Shown here in pieces: positions 8,895 to 17,707 of a stretch of 39,585 nucleotides of DNA. The notes below the pieces were generated by a model. That model saw nothing but the letters and a program-made list of their open reading frames with translations, did no database searches and was not told the origin of the DNA. The DNA comes from an uncultured Candidatus Saccharibacteria bacterium (GTDB lineage: Bacteria; Patescibacteriota; Saccharimonadia; Saccharimonadales; Saccharimonadaceae). The position numbers were made by a program, and so were the translations under genes. Location of the stretch: positions 1 through 39,585 of the forward strand of contig CAZKUV010000001.1 in NCBI GenBank assembly GCA_964556075.1, written 5' to 3'. Position 1 is the first letter of the stretch. Each line of letters begins with the position of its first letter.

Positions 8895-8896
8895 GA

Positions 8897-9106
8897 TTAT
8901 TCTCCGGCTTCGTCAAAGCGCTCGGCAAGGACGGTGATAGTGTTCTTCATTTCAGTCAGGTCACGCTCGATTTCCTCGGCCAGCGCCATCGCTTGTTTGA
9001 ACGTATCAAGCGCGGCCTCGAGCTCGAAGTCGTCGCTCTCGAACCAAGCCATCAGTTCGTCTAGCCGTGCCATTTTCTCGCTAATAGTGCTATTTTTCTC
9101 TGACAT
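8897..9106 (-). CDS. xseB: exodeoxyribonuclease VII small subunit
   Basis: This is a 69-aa helical protein (LDELMAWFESDDFELEAALDTFKQAMALAEE) that overlaps the 3' end of xseA. Confidence 0.85.
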   Translation of the reverse strand: MSEKNSTISEKMARLDELMAWFESDDFELEAALDTFKQAMALAEEIERDLTEMKNTITVLAERFDEAGE

Positions 9107-10193
9107 CTTTTACCTCCGCATGTGCTATCGCATCTCGAGTTTCTATCTCTATTAATTCGCCGATCTTCAGTTCTCCCCTCACCAGGCTATATCCACGCGC
9201 GAGCACTCGGTTCGGATCAAGTTCGGCGAGCAACTTCCGTTTATACTCCAACTGGTTCTCGATACCCCCGTGCTCCGCTCGCATTTTTTCAAGCGCCCGA
9301 CGCACGCGGTCTTGGACTCCGAGCACTCGGTCATCGATGTATCGAAGCAGCGTAGGAGCCAGCGAACGGGATTGGTAACGGACTCGCTGGATGTATTCGT
9401 TTCTGTCAGGGACGACAATCTGCGCGGCGTTGCTCGGCGTCGCCGCCCTTACGTCCGCCGCTAGGTCGGCGAGGCTAACGTCAGTCTCGTGTCCAACGCC
9501 AACTAGAGTCGGGACTCGGCTGGCGGCGATTTCTCGAACCAACAACTCGTCGTTAAAGGCGCTCAGGTCATCGGCGCTTCCACCTCCGCGGATAATAACG
9601 ATGACTTCCGGCAACTCTTCTCTGGTATTAAAGTAGTTCAGCGCCCGAATCATCTGGTCAGGTGCGTCCTTACCCTGAACCTGCACCTGCGCGACATCGA
9701 CTCTAAGTCCACCCCACCTGTCGTTAATTATCTTGATGAAGTCGGCATACCCGGCAGCTTGGGTGCTACTGATGACCGCGATGTGTCGAGGTAGCTCGGG
9801 GAGAGGTCGCTTGCGCTCGGGGGCAAACAGCCCTTCTTTCTCGAGCTTGGCTTTTAGTAAATCGAAACTCCGCTTCAGGCTGCCTTCCCCGCTGAGGCGA
9901 ATCGATTGGACGGTAAGGCTGAACTTGCCCCAGTTGGTTAGTTTCGGGGTGGCCGTCACGATAACCTTCATCCCGTCTTCGATCGGTTGTCGGAGCTGCC
10001 AGACCGTCATGAAACAATTAACGCTGCCGGTATCGTCTTTAAGATCGAAAAAGACGTATTTATTCTGGTTCACCTTAAAACTGGCAACTTCGCCCTCGAC
10101 GGCGATACCGCTTGGTAATGAGTATTCCAGCGTCTGGTTAGTCAGCGCTATAAAATCGCTAACGGCGAGGACTGGTGTCTTTGAACTTTCCAT
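9090..10193 (-). CDS. xseA: exodeoxyribonuclease VII large subunit
   Basis: The N-terminal OB fold reads VSDFIALTNQTLE...VEGEVASFK. The catalytic region reads IAVISSTQAAGYADF and IIRGGGSADDLSAFNDE. Confidence 0.9.
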   Translation of the reverse strand: MESSKTPVLAVSDFIALTNQTLEYSLPSGIAVEGEVASFKVNQNKYVFFDLKDDTGSVNCFMTVWQLRQPIEDGMKVIVTATPKLTNWGKFSLTVQSIRLSGEGSLKRSFDLLKAKLEKEGLFAPERKRPLPELPRHIAVISSTQAAGYADFIKIINDRWGGLRVDVAQVQVQGKDAPDQMIRALNYFNTREELPEVIVIIRGGGSADDLSAFNDELLVREIAASRVPTLVGVGHETDVSLADLAADVRAATPSNAAQIVVPDRNEYIQRVRYQSRSLAPTLLRYIDDRVLGVQDRVRRALEKMRAEHGGIENQLEYKRKLLAELDPNRVLARGYSLVRGELKIGELIEIETRDAIAHAEVKDVREK

Positions 10194-11205
10194 ATTCGAG
10201 TATAGATTTCTGGTAAAACGCGTACCCTAAAACAATCGTACCAAGCAGCAAAATAACGCGGGTGAGCACGATGCCGGCTATCGCCTCTCCTCGGTTGAGT
10301 CCGGCAAGCGCCAAGAACCCGATCATGACCGCTTCGTACGCACCGGCTCCCCCTGGCGTTACGACGACCATGCCGGCGACGAGCGCCACTCCGTAGGCGA
10401 TAAGTATCGGCGCCGGGTTAACCGCCAGTCCCATCGACCAGAACGTAATCACAAATAACAGAATCTCCATCCCGATAAACACCACTCCCCATAAAAACGG
10501 TCGGAGCAGCACCCGCCTATCCCTACGGAGCGCCTGGAAATCAAAATGCATATCGGTAAAGAACTTCTCCACTTCGGCGTAGCGAAACACTCGTTTCCTG
10601 CGGCCGAAAGTGAGCTTCTTGACCAGTTTATTTCCCTGCTTTACGACAATGCTCGCCGCCTTCCACATGCGACGCCGGTCACTCAGTACGTACGCGCCGA
10701 TGCCACCAACGGTAACGGCTGCCAACACCAACCCAGAGCTAATCAGGATAATCCAGCGGTTAATTTCGCCATCAATCGTCACCACCAGCACCGCGACAGG
10801 CAGTAACGCGATGTACGCGGCAAACGCCATCCCGAAGCGAACAATTTGCGCCATCGCTGCCCGACCGGCGGCAATGTTGTACTTACCGAGACGCCACGTC
10901 ATATAGGAAATACCGCTCACGCCGCCGCTCGGGAGTACGTGGTTGACGAAGTTCATTTCAAGCGCCATCCGCGCCAGATCGAGCGGCGGAATGTGCTGCG
11001 TGGCGCCTTTGGCTCGCAGGTACGAAAACATCATTTCCCCGCCGACGTAATACGAGAATATCTGACCCGGCACAAGAAGGAGCAGAATCCAGATATTGAC
11101 GCCGCTCAGCAGCAGCCACGCCTGGTATAGCTCGTCTCGGGATGCGAAAATAATCGCCCCCATCAAAAGAACTGTCGCGATGCTCAACCAGACTTTAAGT
11201 GACAT
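10159..11205 (-). CDS. flippase-like / lysylphosphatidylglycerol-synthase TM-region family membrane protein (UPF0104-like)
   Basis: The protein is polytopic, with about 8 hydrophobic helices. The layout and the internal basic loop (KKLTFGRRKRVFRY) resemble the UPF0104 family (from memory). Confidence 0.72.
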   Translation of the reverse strand: MSLKVWLSIATVLLMGAIIFASRDELYQAWLLLSGVNIWILLLLVPGQIFSYYVGGEMMFSYLRAKGATQHIPPLDLARMALEMNFVNHVLPSGGVSGISYMTWRLGKYNIAAGRAAMAQIVRFGMAFAAYIALLPVAVLVVTIDGEINRWIILISSGLVLAAVTVGGIGAYVLSDRRRMWKAASIVVKQGNKLVKKLTFGRRKRVFRYAEVEKFFTDMHFDFQALRRDRRVLLRPFLWGVVFIGMEILLFVITFWSMGLAVNPAPILIAYGVALVAGMVVVTPGGAGAYEAVMIGFLALAGLNRGEAIAGIVLTRVILLLGTIVLGYAFYQKSILEYGKFKDTSPRR

Positions 11206-11254
11206 ATCCTACTTAGTATACTTCATACGACCGCAACTCATATATACTTAAGTC

Positions 11255-12481
11255 ATGCATATAGCCATCCTTGGACGCCAGCCGGAGCTGGGCCTAGCCG
11301 AACTCGAACGACTCTACGGAGGTCAGAACGTGCGGTGGTTTTCAGATACCGCCGCGACGGTTAACTCCGACGCGCTCTCTGCCGACCGACTCGGCGGAAC
11401 GGTCAAAGCTGGAAACGTCGTCCTCCATCTCAAAAAAAGCACCTGGCGGCACGCTTCTCAAACCATCGTCTCTACCTACTCAGACAAGTGGAGCGCTCAT
11501 GAAGGCAAGATAACGCTCGGGCTCAGCGTGTACGGTATGGACATCAGCCCGCGCGACGTGCAGAAAGTCGGGCTCAGTATCAAACGGAACCTCAGAAAAA
11601 GCGGCGTTAGTCTGCGCCTCATTCCCAACGCCGAAGCGGCACTCAGTTCAGCGACTTCGCATCATAACAAGCTCGGGCTATCACCCAACAAGGTGGAATT
11701 ACTCGTCGTCCATAGCCAGTCGGAAGGAATCATCGTCGCGGAAAGCAGCGGCGCCCAAAACATCACCGCGCTAGCAAGGCGGGATCAAGGTCGACCGAGG
11801 CGCGACGCCTTCGTCGGGATGCTTCCACCGAAACTAGCCCTGCTCATGGTTAACCTGGCGGCTGGTGAGCGCAAGACGCCGGAAGAGCTACGCTTGCTCG
11901 ATCCATTCTGTGGTACCGGCGTCGTGTTGCAAGAAGCCGCTCTCCGCGGATACAACGTCTACGGAACCGACCTCAACGAGAGAATGATTGACTACACGCG
12001 GGAAAACCTTAAGTGGCTGAGCCGAACGCACCGCGCCGACGTCTCGGTAACGCTCCACCAGGCTGACGCCATGAACGCCACTTGGGAACAACCGATACAC
12101 CTGGTGGCAAGCGAAACCTATCTCGGTCAACCCTTCAGCGCCTTCCCATCGCAAGAAAAGCTCGGCGAGGTGAAACGAAACGTCAGCCAGATTTTCAGTT
12201 CCTTCCTCGCCAACATCGCACCGCAGCTCGAACCAGGCGCCTCACTTTGCCTAGCGATTCCCGCCTGGCACGAGCCAGAAGACGACCGCCATACGGGAAC
12301 AACCACTTTCGAGCGATTACCTGCCGACGGACAGAGTGCCCGCTATAACAACCTTGACGCCATGATCGAGGCTCTTGGCTTTAGGCGACACGACTTTAGC
12401 AACCTCAGGAGTAACGACCTGTTCTACTATCGCCCCGACCAGGTCGTAGCCAGACAGATCCTCGTGCTCGAAAAGAAGTAG
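11255..12481 (+). CDS. putative RNA methyltransferase (UPF0020 / Trm11-like)
   Basis: SAM motif I LDPFCGTGVVLQEA and motif II YGTDLN are present. The usual (D/N)PPY catalytic motif is replaced by SETYLGQP, so substrate and activity are uncertain. Confidence 0.7.
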   Translation: MHIAILGRQPELGLAELERLYGGQNVRWFSDTAATVNSDALSADRLGGTVKAGNVVLHLKKSTWRHASQTIVSTYSDKWSAHEGKITLGLSVYGMDISPRDVQKVGLSIKRNLRKSGVSLRLIPNAEAALSSATSHHNKLGLSPNKVELLVVHSQSEGIIVAESSGAQNITALARRDQGRPRRDAFVGMLPPKLALLMVNLAAGERKTPEELRLLDPFCGTGVVLQEAALRGYNVYGTDLNERMIDYTRENLKWLSRTHRADVSVTLHQADAMNATWEQPIHLVASETYLGQPFSAFPSQEKLGEVKRNVSQIFSSFLANIAPQLEPGASLCLAIPAWHEPEDDRHTGTTTFERLPADGQSARYNNLDAMIEALGFRRHDFSNLRSNDLFYYRPDQVVARQILVLEKK

Positions 12482-12498
12482 GAAACTCGCGCTACCCC

Positions 12499-12527
12499 TT
12501 GACGGTACAGGCATTTTTTCGTACAAT
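12499..12527 (+). promoter_or_regulatory. putative promoter of rpmA
   Basis: TTGACG (12499-12504), a 17-nt spacer, then TACAAT (12522-12527), 40 nt upstream of the ATG. Confidence 0.55.
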
Positions 12528-12567
12528 GGTTTAGATTTTAGGATGTAAAAGGTAAGGAAAGTAAGGA

Positions 12568-12840
12568 ATGGCACATGTAAAGGCTGGTGGAACCAGCAAA
12601 AATATCCACAACAATGCCGGCGCCCGTCTTGGCGTCAAGCGTTTCGGTGGCCAGAAAGTCAGCGCAGGCGAAGTACTCGTGCGCCAGACCGGTGCGACTA
12701 AGATTGCTGGTCCTGGTACCTACATGAGCAAGAACTTCACCATTCACGCTGCCATTGATGGTACGGTATTCTTCGACAAGGTCAAGAAAACTCGTTTTAC
12801 CGGCAAGACCGCTCCACGTACCCGTGTCGGCGTAAAATAG
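12568..12840 (+). CDS. rpmA: 50S ribosomal protein L27
   Basis: MAHVKAGGTSKNIHNNAGARLGVKRFGGQKV is the canonical L27 N-terminus. An AAGGA SD lies upstream. Confidence 0.95.
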   Translation: MAHVKAGGTSKNIHNNAGARLGVKRFGGQKVSAGEVLVRQTGATKIAGPGTYMSKNFTIHAAIDGTVFFDKVKKTRFTGKTAPRTRVGVK

Positions 12841-12874
12841 TCTACCTAACACGAGAGAAGACTATAAGACAAAG

Positions 12875-12906
12875 AAAAACCCGCTTTCATAGAGAAAGCG
12901 GGTTTT
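12875..12906. terminator. bidirectional intrinsic terminator between convergent rpmA and the receiver gene
   Basis: AAAACCCGCUUUC (12876-12888) pairs with GAAAGCGGGUUUU (12894-12906) across a 5-nt loop. A U-tract follows the stem on both strands. Confidence 0.75.
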
Positions 12907-12934
12907 GTACGTTGTACTCAACTACGTTCGGTTG

Positions 12935-13324
12935 TTAGTTCTCGACCGGCATGCCAAGATGGTGCCTAATGCGGTCAACCACGTCGCCGATGACAACCTG
13001 AGACTTAACCAGATAATCGTCGACACCAAGCGCCTCGGCTTTTTCCTTGTCTTTTGGCTGGCTGAGCGCGGTCAGCATGATAACCCTGATATTGTTCGTT
13101 TCGGGCGTGTTTCTCAAGATATCGAGGACATCAAATCCACTGATTTTCGGCATCATGACGTCGAGCAGAATGAGATCGGGCTTAAACTCGATAGCTGCCG
13201 CGAGCGCTTTCTCGCCGTTATTTACTTCGCTGACTTCGAACCCTTCCATCTCAAGACGCGACTTGTAGACAGCTGCAAGCGATTCGTCGTCTTCTACCAA
13301 CAGGATTTTTTTCTTTATTTCCAT
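12935..13324 (-). CDS. response regulator, stand-alone receiver (CheY-like)
   Basis: Receiver motifs ILLVEDDES, DLILLDVMMPKISG and VIMLTA are present. At 129 aa there is no output domain. Confidence 0.88.
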   Translation of the reverse strand: MEIKKKILLVEDDESLAAVYKSRLEMEGFEVSEVNNGEKALAAAIEFKPDLILLDVMMPKISGFDVLDILRNTPETNNIRVIMLTALSQPKDKEKAEALGVDDYLVKSQVVIGDVVDRIRHHLGMPVEN

Positions 13325-13375
13325 ACCTGCCCCTATAGTACTAAGTCTCTCTTAAATACACAAGTGCGCTTACGG

Positions 13376-14617
13376 CTATTTAGAGAGGATATTCACCGCG
13401 GCGTCCATTTGCGGGTCACGACCAGCGTTAGCGTCCTCGAAGCTTAATTCGACATCCCGGTCAGGAGCGATTCCTTCGCTAGTAATGTTTCGACCGTTAG
13501 GAGTGTACCAGCGCGCTACCGTCACTTTGAGCTCGGCTCCGTCGGCGAGTCCGAGTAACTTCTGCACGGTACCCTTCCCAAATGTTTTTTCGCCGACGAT
13601 TGTAGCAAGTCCGTAGTCTTGTAATGCGCCGGCCACGATTTCGCTGGCGCTGGCAGTCGCTTGGTTAACGAGGATAACGGTTGGGATATTCAGGAGCAAC
13701 GGGTTCTTACCTGACTTCAGCTCGTCCACAACCTTGTCGCCGCGTCGCTCCGACACGATAACCTTGTCATTGAGCCACAGTCCGGCTACTTCCTGGGCGG
13801 CCGTCAAAAACCCGCCACCGTTGCCTCTCATATCCACGACGATTCCCTTCACGCCGCTACGCTTGAATTCTTCAGCCGCCTTTCGAGCCGACCGCGCGGT
13901 ATTAGCGTCGAATCGTCGTATCGTCAGATAGCCGATATCTTCCCGGATGTCGCTCTCAACGCTGGCGTTGGTTATTTCCGCCCGGGTAATCGAAAACTCT
14001 TCTTTCTCTCTGCCTCTAAGGATTGTCAGTTTTACCGTCGTACCGACTTCTCCGCGGATTTCTTGGGCGGTCCTGTCCGCGCTCCACCCGCGCGTATCGG
14101 TCGAATTAACCGCTAATATAACGTCACCGGCCATAAGTCCTGCCCTCTCGGCCGGAGTGTCCGCGAGCGTCCGCAAAATCGTCGGCTGGTCGTTTCGCAC
14201 CCCGATTTCGGCTCCAATCCCTCCGCCGATATTGCCGCTAAGATCGCGGTCGAACTGCTTGGCTTCCTCGGCGTTCATATAGACGGTGTAGTCGTCTCCG
14301 ACTGCCGCGACCAGCCCCCTGTTCGCGCCTTCAATCAGCGCGGGGATATCAAGCTCGCCGTCATAATTGGCCGCCAGTTTTTTATACGTTGCCTGAAGCG
14401 AGGATGTGTCAATCTCTTCAGCGATAACACGCACCCCAAACATCGGTCCGACGGCCGAGACGATTTCGTCCTGCCGCGATCCCGCTACGAAAGACACCGC
14501 CGCGACGATGGCCATAGTGAGAATAAACATGTTTCTTGATACGCCACGCCCCGGTTGTGTGGACGTAGCCATGGAATCTGTTACTGCCACGCGTTCTCCC
14601 TCTTCTGTTCGTCTCAA
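13376..14617 (-). CDS. S41 family C-terminal processing peptidase with PDZ domain
   Basis: The PDZ region reads GIGAEIG...PAERAGLMAGDVILAVN. The catalytic region reads ILVNQATASASEIVAG and TFGKGTVQ. The track start is a TTG (14617); an ATG at 14572 is an alternative. Confidence 0.88.
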   Translation of the reverse strand: MRRTEEGERVAVTDSMATSTQPGRGVSRNMFILTMAIVAAVSFVAGSRQDEIVSAVGPMFGVRVIAEEIDTSSLQATYKKLAANYDGELDIPALIEGANRGLVAAVGDDYTVYMNAEEAKQFDRDLSGNIGGGIGAEIGVRNDQPTILRTLADTPAERAGLMAGDVILAVNSTDTRGWSADRTAQEIRGEVGTTVKLTILRGREKEEFSITRAEITNASVESDIREDIGYLTIRRFDANTARSARKAAEEFKRSGVKGIVVDMRGNGGGFLTAAQEVAGLWLNDKVIVSERRGDKVVDELKSGKNPLLLNIPTVILVNQATASASEIVAGALQDYGLATIVGEKTFGKGTVQKLLGLADGAELKVTVARWYTPNGRNITSEGIAPDRDVELSFEDANAGRDPQMDAAVNILSK

Positions 14618-14643
14618 ATTCTTCTTATGTATAAGTATACTTC

Positions 14644-14683
14644 AAAACAGCACCTAGCCGTAACACTAAGTGCTGTATTTTTT
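14644..14683 (-). terminator. putative intrinsic terminator after the CHAP-hydrolase gene
   Basis: ACAGCAC (14647-14653) pairs with GUGCUGU (14671-14677). Runs of A/T flank the stem on both sides, and the loop is long (17 nt). Confidence 0.45.
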
Positions 14684-14700
14684 AGGCTCGCGTCTAGACG

Positions 14701-15870
14701 CTAGAAGTAAATGTAGTAGTCGTACGCGCTCGGGTGTACGTTGTATCGCTCCGAGTAGTGACCCCAACCAAGACCCGGGATATACTCGTTGTACTGGGAA
14801 ATATTTATCGTGCCGTCACTGTTAACGCTTTCAACCCAGACAACGTGGCCATATGTGCCTGCCATTATGACGCCGACCGACTGAGCGCGCGGTACGGTGC
14901 TGACCGGAATACCGGCTGCCCTAGCGTTACCAGGCCACTGGTTGGCGTTACCGACGCCGCCCCAGTACGGCATGTATCCGTTCTTCTGGTAAACCTTCCA
15001 TGCGGTATAACTGACGCACTGACGAGCGTACATGCCCCACGGATCAACAATCGGGTTATAGTAGTCAGAGTTCGCAAGGTAGTTAGGATAGCCTCCTCGG
15101 CTTGGGTCGCCAGGTACCGCCCCGCCACCAACCCCGGCAGCTCGGAGGGCTGCAGCGATGGCAGCCTGCTGTTCCTGTTCAAGCTGACGCTTCTTCGCCA
15201 TGCCTTCTTCGCTAAGTCGCTTGTAGGCGGCTTCTTCGCCTCTCGTAGCATCAAGCAGATTCTGTTGCTCGGCTTGTTTCGCGGCGAGTAAGTTTCGCTG
15301 GTTGGTCTGGTCATCAAGAACCTTCTTTACCTTATCTTTGTCCTCTTCCAGACGTTTCTTGAGCGTTTTAATCTTGTTGATGGTCAGCGAAAGCGAATCT
15401 CGAATAACAGAACGCTTGTTCTGCTTATCCATATAGTCGCTAATGTTTTTGCTGCTGGCCAGCATCTCAAGCGGAGATATGTCGCTGTCGACATACATAT
15501 CCGCCATAATAGTGCCGAGTGCGTCCTGGTTGTCAGCAATCAGCTTCTCATTCTTCTTAATTTCCGCTACCAGCCTGTCATGCTCGGCCTGACTTAAGTC
15601 TATCTGCGCCTGAATGATTGCTTTTTCATTCTCGAGTCGGGCGACCTCGTTCGCTAGCGTGTTCGCTTCCTGCGCCAGCCGAGCGGCTTCGGCGTTATAC
15701 TGATCAATTTGGTTTTGGACCGCCTGGATTTCAGCGTTGTAGTCGCGCGCTCTAATTGGCTGGCTTAAAAAGCCGATAGGAGCGGCCGCGGCCATCAAAA
15801 TAGCGAGAGCTAGAAGTGACCCTCGAAGCTTAAATGAGACTGAAACCGGTGTGGTGGACCGTTTTTTCAT
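14701..15870 (-). CDS. PcsB-like peptidoglycan hydrolase (coiled-coil N-terminus plus C-terminal CHAP domain)
   Basis: A signal/TM segment is followed by a long coiled coil. The CHAP domain has QCVSYTAWKVY (Cys) and YGHVVWVESV (His). I prefer the ATG at 15870 (MKKRSTT...) to the TTG at 15906, which is itself the -35 box of the promoter. Confidence 0.86.
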   Translation of the reverse strand: MKKRSTTPVSVSFKLRGSLLALAILMAAAAPIGFLSQPIRARDYNAEIQAVQNQIDQYNAEAARLAQEANTLANEVARLENEKAIIQAQIDLSQAEHDRLVAEIKKNEKLIADNQDALGTIMADMYVDSDISPLEMLASSKNISDYMDKQNKRSVIRDSLSLTINKIKTLKKRLEEDKDKVKKVLDDQTNQRNLLAAKQAEQQNLLDATRGEEAAYKRLSEEGMAKKRQLEQEQQAAIAAALRAAGVGGGAVPGDPSRGGYPNYLANSDYYNPIVDPWGMYARQCVSYTAWKVYQKNGYMPYWGGVGNANQWPGNARAAGIPVSTVPRAQSVGVIMAGTYGHVVWVESVNSDGTINISQYNEYIPGLGWGHYSERYNVHPSAYDYYIYF

Positions 15871-15877
15871 TGTTTTT

Positions 15878-15906
15878 AGATTAGCACAAGCATTATGCTT
15901 TGTCAA
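15878..15906 (-). promoter_or_regulatory. consensus promoter placing the transcription start at the ATG of the CHAP-hydrolase gene
   Basis: Minus strand: TTGACA (15906-15901), a 17-nt spacer, TAATCT (15883-15878), then 7 nt to ATG 15870. The spacer contains the palindrome AAGCAT-A-ATGCTT. Confidence 0.55.
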
Positions 15907-15947
15907 TAAATCCCCCCCTTTTAACGTTACTAGTGGTACCCAAGTTC

Positions 15948-16949
15948 TTAAATCTTCAAGTACTGCCTTGTAGCGAGAAGCGACGAGATAACTCCGATAA
16001 TCGCGCCGATAAGTATCATACCCAGCAGCGTTACGACGGCATAATCGGTGACGAAACTAACGACGGTTTCTACCTTGACTCCATAGCTCTGCAGCCCATC
16101 CTTGGAGGCATAGAGCACCGACATGCCGATGGCTGTCGCGATAACCGCCGCGATAAAGCCGTAGAATATCGCCTCGACGATAAACGGTCCCCTAATGAAG
16201 CTTCTATCAGCGCCGATAAGCTTCATCATCTGAATCTCGTCCTTTCGACTGAAGATGGCCATGCGGATGGTATTGAAGATAATGAGCGCTGAAATAGCGA
16301 TGAAAACAACCGCCGCCCCGACACCGAACCGCTCGGCAAACACCACCCAGCGACCAATAGTGTTAATCGCCGCGCTGCGCTCACCTTCAAAGCTTGGCGG
16401 ACGATCCGGATCGATTGCCGCTTGAACGTCCTCGTCGCTCCGCACGAATTCTCTGAGCTCGAACGGGTCGTTAATGTCCACAATTTTGACGCGCAAGGTC
16501 CACGGGAACTTGTTCGTCGCTTCGTTAAGCGCCGCGAGGGCGTCAGGGTTCGCCTTTTGCTCCTCGGCGAAGTTCGATCGAGCCTCGCTCGGACTTTCGC
16601 TGGTAACTGCGGTAACGGTTGAAAGCTGATCGATTTTCTCCTCGATCGCCTTCACATCATCTTCGTCGGTTCCGGTCTCGAGGTAAATCAGCATTTCAAT
16701 TTTATCTCTCGCCCCTTCGGCGGTATCCATGAGCACCGTACGAGCGGCTATGGTCGTAAAGATGACAAGCAGCGTGATGGTCATGACCGCGCTGGCGGCA
16801 ATCGTTAACCACGCGTTACGGGTCAGGTTGTTAACGCCGTAGCGTAGCATTCGCATGAATGTCAGCCACCGCCTGCGAGTACTCTTCTGCTGCAGCGCCT
16901 TCACCGGCGGAACGGATTTTGGTTTGTTCGTTTTACTCACCTTCGCCAT
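15948..16949 (-). CDS. ftsX: cell division permease-like protein FtsX
   Basis: The topology is one TM, a large extracytoplasmic loop, then three C-terminal TMs. The gene lies directly downstream of ftsE with a 1-nt overlap. Confidence 0.9.
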   Translation of the reverse strand: MAKVSKTNKPKSVPPVKALQQKSTRRRWLTFMRMLRYGVNNLTRNAWLTIAASAVMTITLLVIFTTIAARTVLMDTAEGARDKIEMLIYLETGTDEDDVKAIEEKIDQLSTVTAVTSESPSEARSNFAEEQKANPDALAALNEATNKFPWTLRVKIVDINDPFELREFVRSDEDVQAAIDPDRPPSFEGERSAAINTIGRWVVFAERFGVGAAVVFIAISALIIFNTIRMAIFSRKDEIQMMKLIGADRSFIRGPFIVEAIFYGFIAAVIATAIGMSVLYASKDGLQSYGVKVETVVSFVTDYAVVTLLGMILIGAIIGVISSLLATRQYLKI

Positions 16950-17635
16950 TACTGCCTATAACTTCCCTGCGCCTGATCGCTTATGATTTTTCCATGTTCC
17001 AGCGTGACAACACGACGCTTTAGTCGGTTGACAATTTCGACGTTATGCGTCGTCAGCAGCACCGTCGTTCCGTATCGATTGATTTTCTCGAGCAAACGGA
17101 CAATGTCCCAGCTATGCTTCGGGTCGAGGTTTCCGGTCGGCTCGTCGGCAATGAGGATTTTCGGCTGACGGACCACCGCTCGGGCGATTGCCACGCGCTG
17201 ACGCTCACCGCCGGACAGTTGGTGCGGGAAATGTTTTTCTTTCCCGTTAAGTCCAACCAGATCGATAACTTTCGGCACCGTGCTATTAATTTCACGGTTC
17301 GTCATGCCGGCAATCTCCAACGCAAACGCGACGTTCTCGAAGACGGTGCGCTGAGGCAGCAACTTGAAGTCCTGGAAGACTACCCCTATTTTTCGCCTGA
17401 GCAACGGAATGTGCTGATCTTTGAGCGAATCGTAATCAATGCCGCCGACCACGATTTTACCGCTGGTCGGTTTTTCTTCCCTGGTTAGAAGTTTGAGCAG
17501 CGTCGACTTGCCCGCCCCGCTCGTACCAACCAGAATGACAAATTCATTCGGGTCAATATGAAGACTGACACGGTTGATTGCCGGCTTACCGTCGCCGCGC
17601 GGATAGGTTTTAGTAACTCTGTCGAGTAGAATCAT
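16949..17635 (-). CDS. ftsE: cell division ATP-binding protein FtsE
   Basis: Walker A is GTSGAGKST, the ABC signature is LSGGERQR, and Walker B is ILIADEPTGNLD. Confidence 0.93.
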   Translation of the reverse strand: MILLDRVTKTYPRGDGKPAINRVSLHIDPNEFVILVGTSGAGKSTLLKLLTREEKPTSGKIVVGGIDYDSLKDQHIPLLRRKIGVVFQDFKLLPQRTVFENVAFALEIAGMTNREINSTVPKVIDLVGLNGKEKHFPHQLSGGERQRVAIARAVVRQPKILIADEPTGNLDPKHSWDIVRLLEKINRYGTTVLLTTHNVEIVNRLKRRVVTLEHGKIISDQAQGSYRQ

Positions 17636-17707
17636 TGCTCCATATAGTATAGCATAAGAACAATTGAAATTTGTCTATAAATCTCGCATGCTATCATAGG
17701 TAAGGCT

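Noticed and set aside
8412-9155. Long plus-strand ORF (247 aa). Similar long antisense ORFs occur at 3443-4048, 9733-10230, 21957-22580, 23919-24467 and 26845-27513
   Set aside because: Each fully overlaps minus-strand genes that have clear family motifs. Their translations are low-complexity (Ser/Arg/Pro-rich) with no SD or promoter. They are shadow ORFs.
7487-9775. Other CTGATGA heptamers on the plus strand, at 7487-7493 and 9769-9775
   Set aside because: Both lie antisense inside well-supported coding regions (the histidine kinase and xseA) and lack a helix II plus GAA arrangement. They are chance heptamers.
12499-12906. rpmA as a monocistronic unit without the usual upstream rplU
   Set aside because: Gene-order erosion is expected in reduced genomes. 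A promoter and terminator explain the unit fully, and nothing further is encoded.
14690-14701. Perfect 12-bp palindrome GCGTCTAGACGC overlapping the stop codon of the CHAP-hydrolase gene
   Set aside because: I saw only this single occurrence. It is short enough to be chance, or just the base of the adjacent terminator region, and no partner site or regulator is suggested.
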